Shown here in pieces: positions 61,201 through 64,000 of a stretch of DNA of 64,000 bases. The notes beneath the pieces are model-generated. The model saw nothing but the letters and a program-made list of their open reading frames with translations, was not told the origin of the DNA and did no database searches. The position numbers and the translations under genes were made by a program. The number at the start of each line of letters is the position of its first letter. Position 1 is the stretch's first letter. Origin of the DNA: Amphiscolops sp. MND2022 (lineage: Eukaryota); the NCBI GenBank assembly GCA_964187785.1, contig OZ076416.1, forward strand, positions 21,080,001 to 21,144,000, given 5' to 3'.

Positions 61201-61734
61201 TTTCCCGTTATAGTGGATTTACTGTCCGCAATGCCTGAGCTCAGAAATTGTCACCACCTCTTTCGCCTATTTAGACTAAGCTGTATTTGCCTCACTGAAG
61301 ATACTCCGTTTCATTGTGGATGTTGATTCACAAAGTGCGAAATGTAGACTAGGACGTGTTTTGTTACCTGCACATTTTTTTTCTCCCGCGGTCCAGACTG
61401 TATTCCTGTGTGTACCAACGAACATTCCTTATCCAAGTTTCGGGAGATAGAAGAACAATTCATTTCTGGTAGTGTTGCTGGTGATCCCTGGACTCACGTC
61501 GGCGTGTTTGATCAGGCCTACAAAAACCGTTACATGAAGTACAAGTTCATAACGCAGGAGCCTAATACAGCTTCCTCTAGTCACTCTGCTTCCAATTCAA
61601 GTTCGCCATCTACCATTAGTCGTCGTAAATGTTCTCCTGGGTAAGGAAAAAGGAAAGTCGCGTTTGTGTCCACAGTATCTGTAAAAGAGGACAATGCCCA
61701 AACAGAATCCGAGCAAACTGCTTCTATATCCTAA
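58274..61734 (+). pseudogene. spliced BED-finger / hAT-transposase-like gene, copy 2 (antisense to Gypsy pol)
   Basis: ATG MSGRFETD at 58274; FFCQICKTNVSIYSKGAREIVRHFLSEAH; donors near 59634, 60175 and 60420; IITKWEPFLDHI; HLFRLFRLSCICL; Ser/Lys-rich tail; stops and frameshifts. Confidence 0.65.
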
Positions 61735-61929
61735 ATGTACATAATGTACATATGTTCCATATACATGTACTTTATGTTTCTTCTCTTATAACTTTTTTTG
61801 TTCGTTGTCTTTTTCTGGCGACTATAAATATAATTCGCCATTGTATCCTTTGTTGAAGCGTTTCTTTTATATGTATGTGAGTAGTCAGAGTAGTGCCACA
61901 AAAATTACAACAGTCAGTCGAAAGTACTA

Positions 61930-64000
61930 ATGGGACCTTAATTTACGTATCTGACTAGTATCTGTATTCATCAGTATAGTTGGGGGTGGGGTTATGTCGA
62001 AGATTCTACTTCCCTCCTCTGGGGCTCGAAGTTTCTTCAGACTTTTCATTTTTCGATATTCCGGGCACAGTAGTATCTGCGGCACCTTTTGCACTAATTT
62101 CCGCGTCATTTAAATCATTGGTGATGTCATTTTCATTTCGACCTTGCCTCATTCTCAATGACGTCACCTTCATCACTCTCGCTGCTGCGTTCATCTTCGG
62201 TGACGTAATCGTCTGCTTCGCCGTTCGCGGCGGGCGTTGTTCGGTAGGCGTATGGATTTGTCCGGCCAAGTATCTGTTCTCGTTTCAAACAGCTCGTAAT
62301 CAAATACCACTTCCCATGAAATAGTATACAAGTCGTCTTGCGGTATTACTATTTTATCGTCGGGCTGTATTTTTTCACCGGAGTAATTGTCCTGTAAGGG
62401 CGTGTTAGGCACAAGTTTTTTGAGTCTAACTCTGTATAATTTTAGGTTTTGTTGGTATTTCCACGACGCACAATATAATTGTCGTTTGACAAGACTTTTT
62501 GAATGACGAAAGGGCCAATCCATCTGTATTCTCTAAAAGGATTTTTGAGTGCTTGACTGTCAGCTTTAGGTCGCAGGATACAACTATGATCCTTTTCTCT
62601 AAGCGGAACAGCTTTGGCTTTTTGGTCATACTAGTCCTTGTACTTTAGGTACGACTGCATAACATTTTTCTTTGTTTGGTCAATAAAGATTTGCGTCCTC
62701 TGCTGTGTTTAGCCCTGAAAATCAGTCGTTGGCAGAAAGTTTTTTAAGGGTTATTCCCTATTTTATGGTCCAGGACGTTATGGGGGATGGGTCCATGAAA
62801 TACCTTGCTCCGCTCACGTCCAATACTAGAATAATATGTAGTATTCTAATTGAGCACAGCTAATGGCAGGTATTTATGTCATTGGCATCGATATTCCCCT
62901 GAGGCCATTTTCAAGTTTGTTCTGAAAGAAGCATGCGTCTTTTCTAAGTTGTCAATTGTTTGCGGGTGTTTAGTTAGTGCATTTAAGTGTTATGCCTGAA
63001 ATTTGAGTGATTTCTGCTACAATCTTTGAAGTAAATGCAGACCCTTTGTCCGTGATGAGCGTTGTTGCCAAGTATGAATGCTTAGTCATGATATCAGTTA
63101 ACACTTTGGCTACATTTGTGCCTGTTGCCTCAATTAGCGGGTAGGCAAACAAGTATCTTGAAAAAACATCAATTGCTGTCATCACTGTCTGGTATCCGCC
63201 ACTGGTAGGTAAATTTAGTAGTAAATCAATTCGCATGGCCAATTTACCAAGGTCCAATTCAGGCAGGTTAAGCAATTCGTGCGATAATGCATGATTTGAC
63301 ACACGTTTGGCCTTAGCACAAATTTCGCAGCCATCTACCCATCTTTCGACATGTTTTGCTATCCCTGGGTATTAGTATTTTTGGCGAAATTCCTGTAACA
63401 ATTGAGATATGCTAGGGTGTCTGTTTGCCGTGCCATGTAGGGCAAATTGCAAATCTTTCAGCAAGTGCTTGGGTAATAGCATTGGATGATCTTTGAGTTG
63501 ACTAGTTTCATCATCGTAATCGCGTGTTATTACTTCGTCCTTGAGCACTATGCGGTCCAGATTATTCAAATGCTGTTTTTACCGAATGTCCTGTTGGAGA
63601 ATTTCCTCGGAATACTCTCATTTCTTGATTTTTGCTTTTAAGTTGAAGCCAAATTGGATCTCTAGCTTGCTCCAACAGTATCTGATTAGTTCGTAGCAAC
63701 TTCTGGGTAAGTTTAGTGATTTCATTCACGTTGTTACCAGATATTTCGTCAATCTGTATTACGGTCTCATCGACCTTATCTCTTTTTTGGGCCATTTTTT
63801 GCGCTCCCAAATATGTTCTTCTGTTTCGTCGCCCTCCTCAGTGAAGAATACTTCTTCTTCCTCTGAAACAGCGGCCGATTGGACATTTACTTCAAAGGGT
63901 CTGGTTGCAACATCTTCTCGTATTTCTAGGATCGGTTTTTCGTTGGGCTCCATTTCCATACAAAATAGGTAGTCCGCCGCTGTGTTGTTTTTGCCTGGAA
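61930..64000 (-). pseudogene. pol: Gypsy pol 3' end (RNase H end, integrase and C-terminal extension), frameshifted
   Basis: VATRPFEVNVQ, HGTANRHP, IDVFSRYLFAYPL, ITDKGSAF, FHGPIPHNVLD, IVIPQDDLYTISWE; continues beyond the window. Confidence 0.9.

Overview
Repeat-rich eukaryotic (invertebrate-type) DNA with spliceosomal introns; no prokaryotic features, rRNA or CRISPR. From left to right: (i) a decayed Ty3/Gypsy gag plus candidate LTR (1-2.4 kb), a relic Polinton-like A32 packaging ATPase (3.0-3.6 kb) and a 3'-truncated Gypsy element (4.1-11.4 kb); (ii) the standout, an ~18 kb unit (14241-32297) bounded by 27-bp inverted termini and palindromic subterminal arrays. It encodes a RAG1/Transib/Chapaev-like DDE transposase with a C-terminal BRCT-like domain plus three intron-containing chromatin genes: a SETD8-like SET methyltransferase (damaged), an intact C2H2-JmjC demethylase-like gene and a Tudor/chromo-barrel-like gene, i.e. 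a candidate writer-eraser-reader cargo; (iii) a 5'-truncated RTE LINE, the 3' half of a class A GPCR gene and a 501-bp hAT derivative with a perfect 8-bp TSD (35-39 kb); (iv) a head-to-tail series of decayed Gypsy units (39.4-64 kb), two of which carry an antisense, spliced, BED-finger/hAT-like gene between pol and the next LTR-like segment. All family assignments come from motif recognition by eye; no database searches were run.
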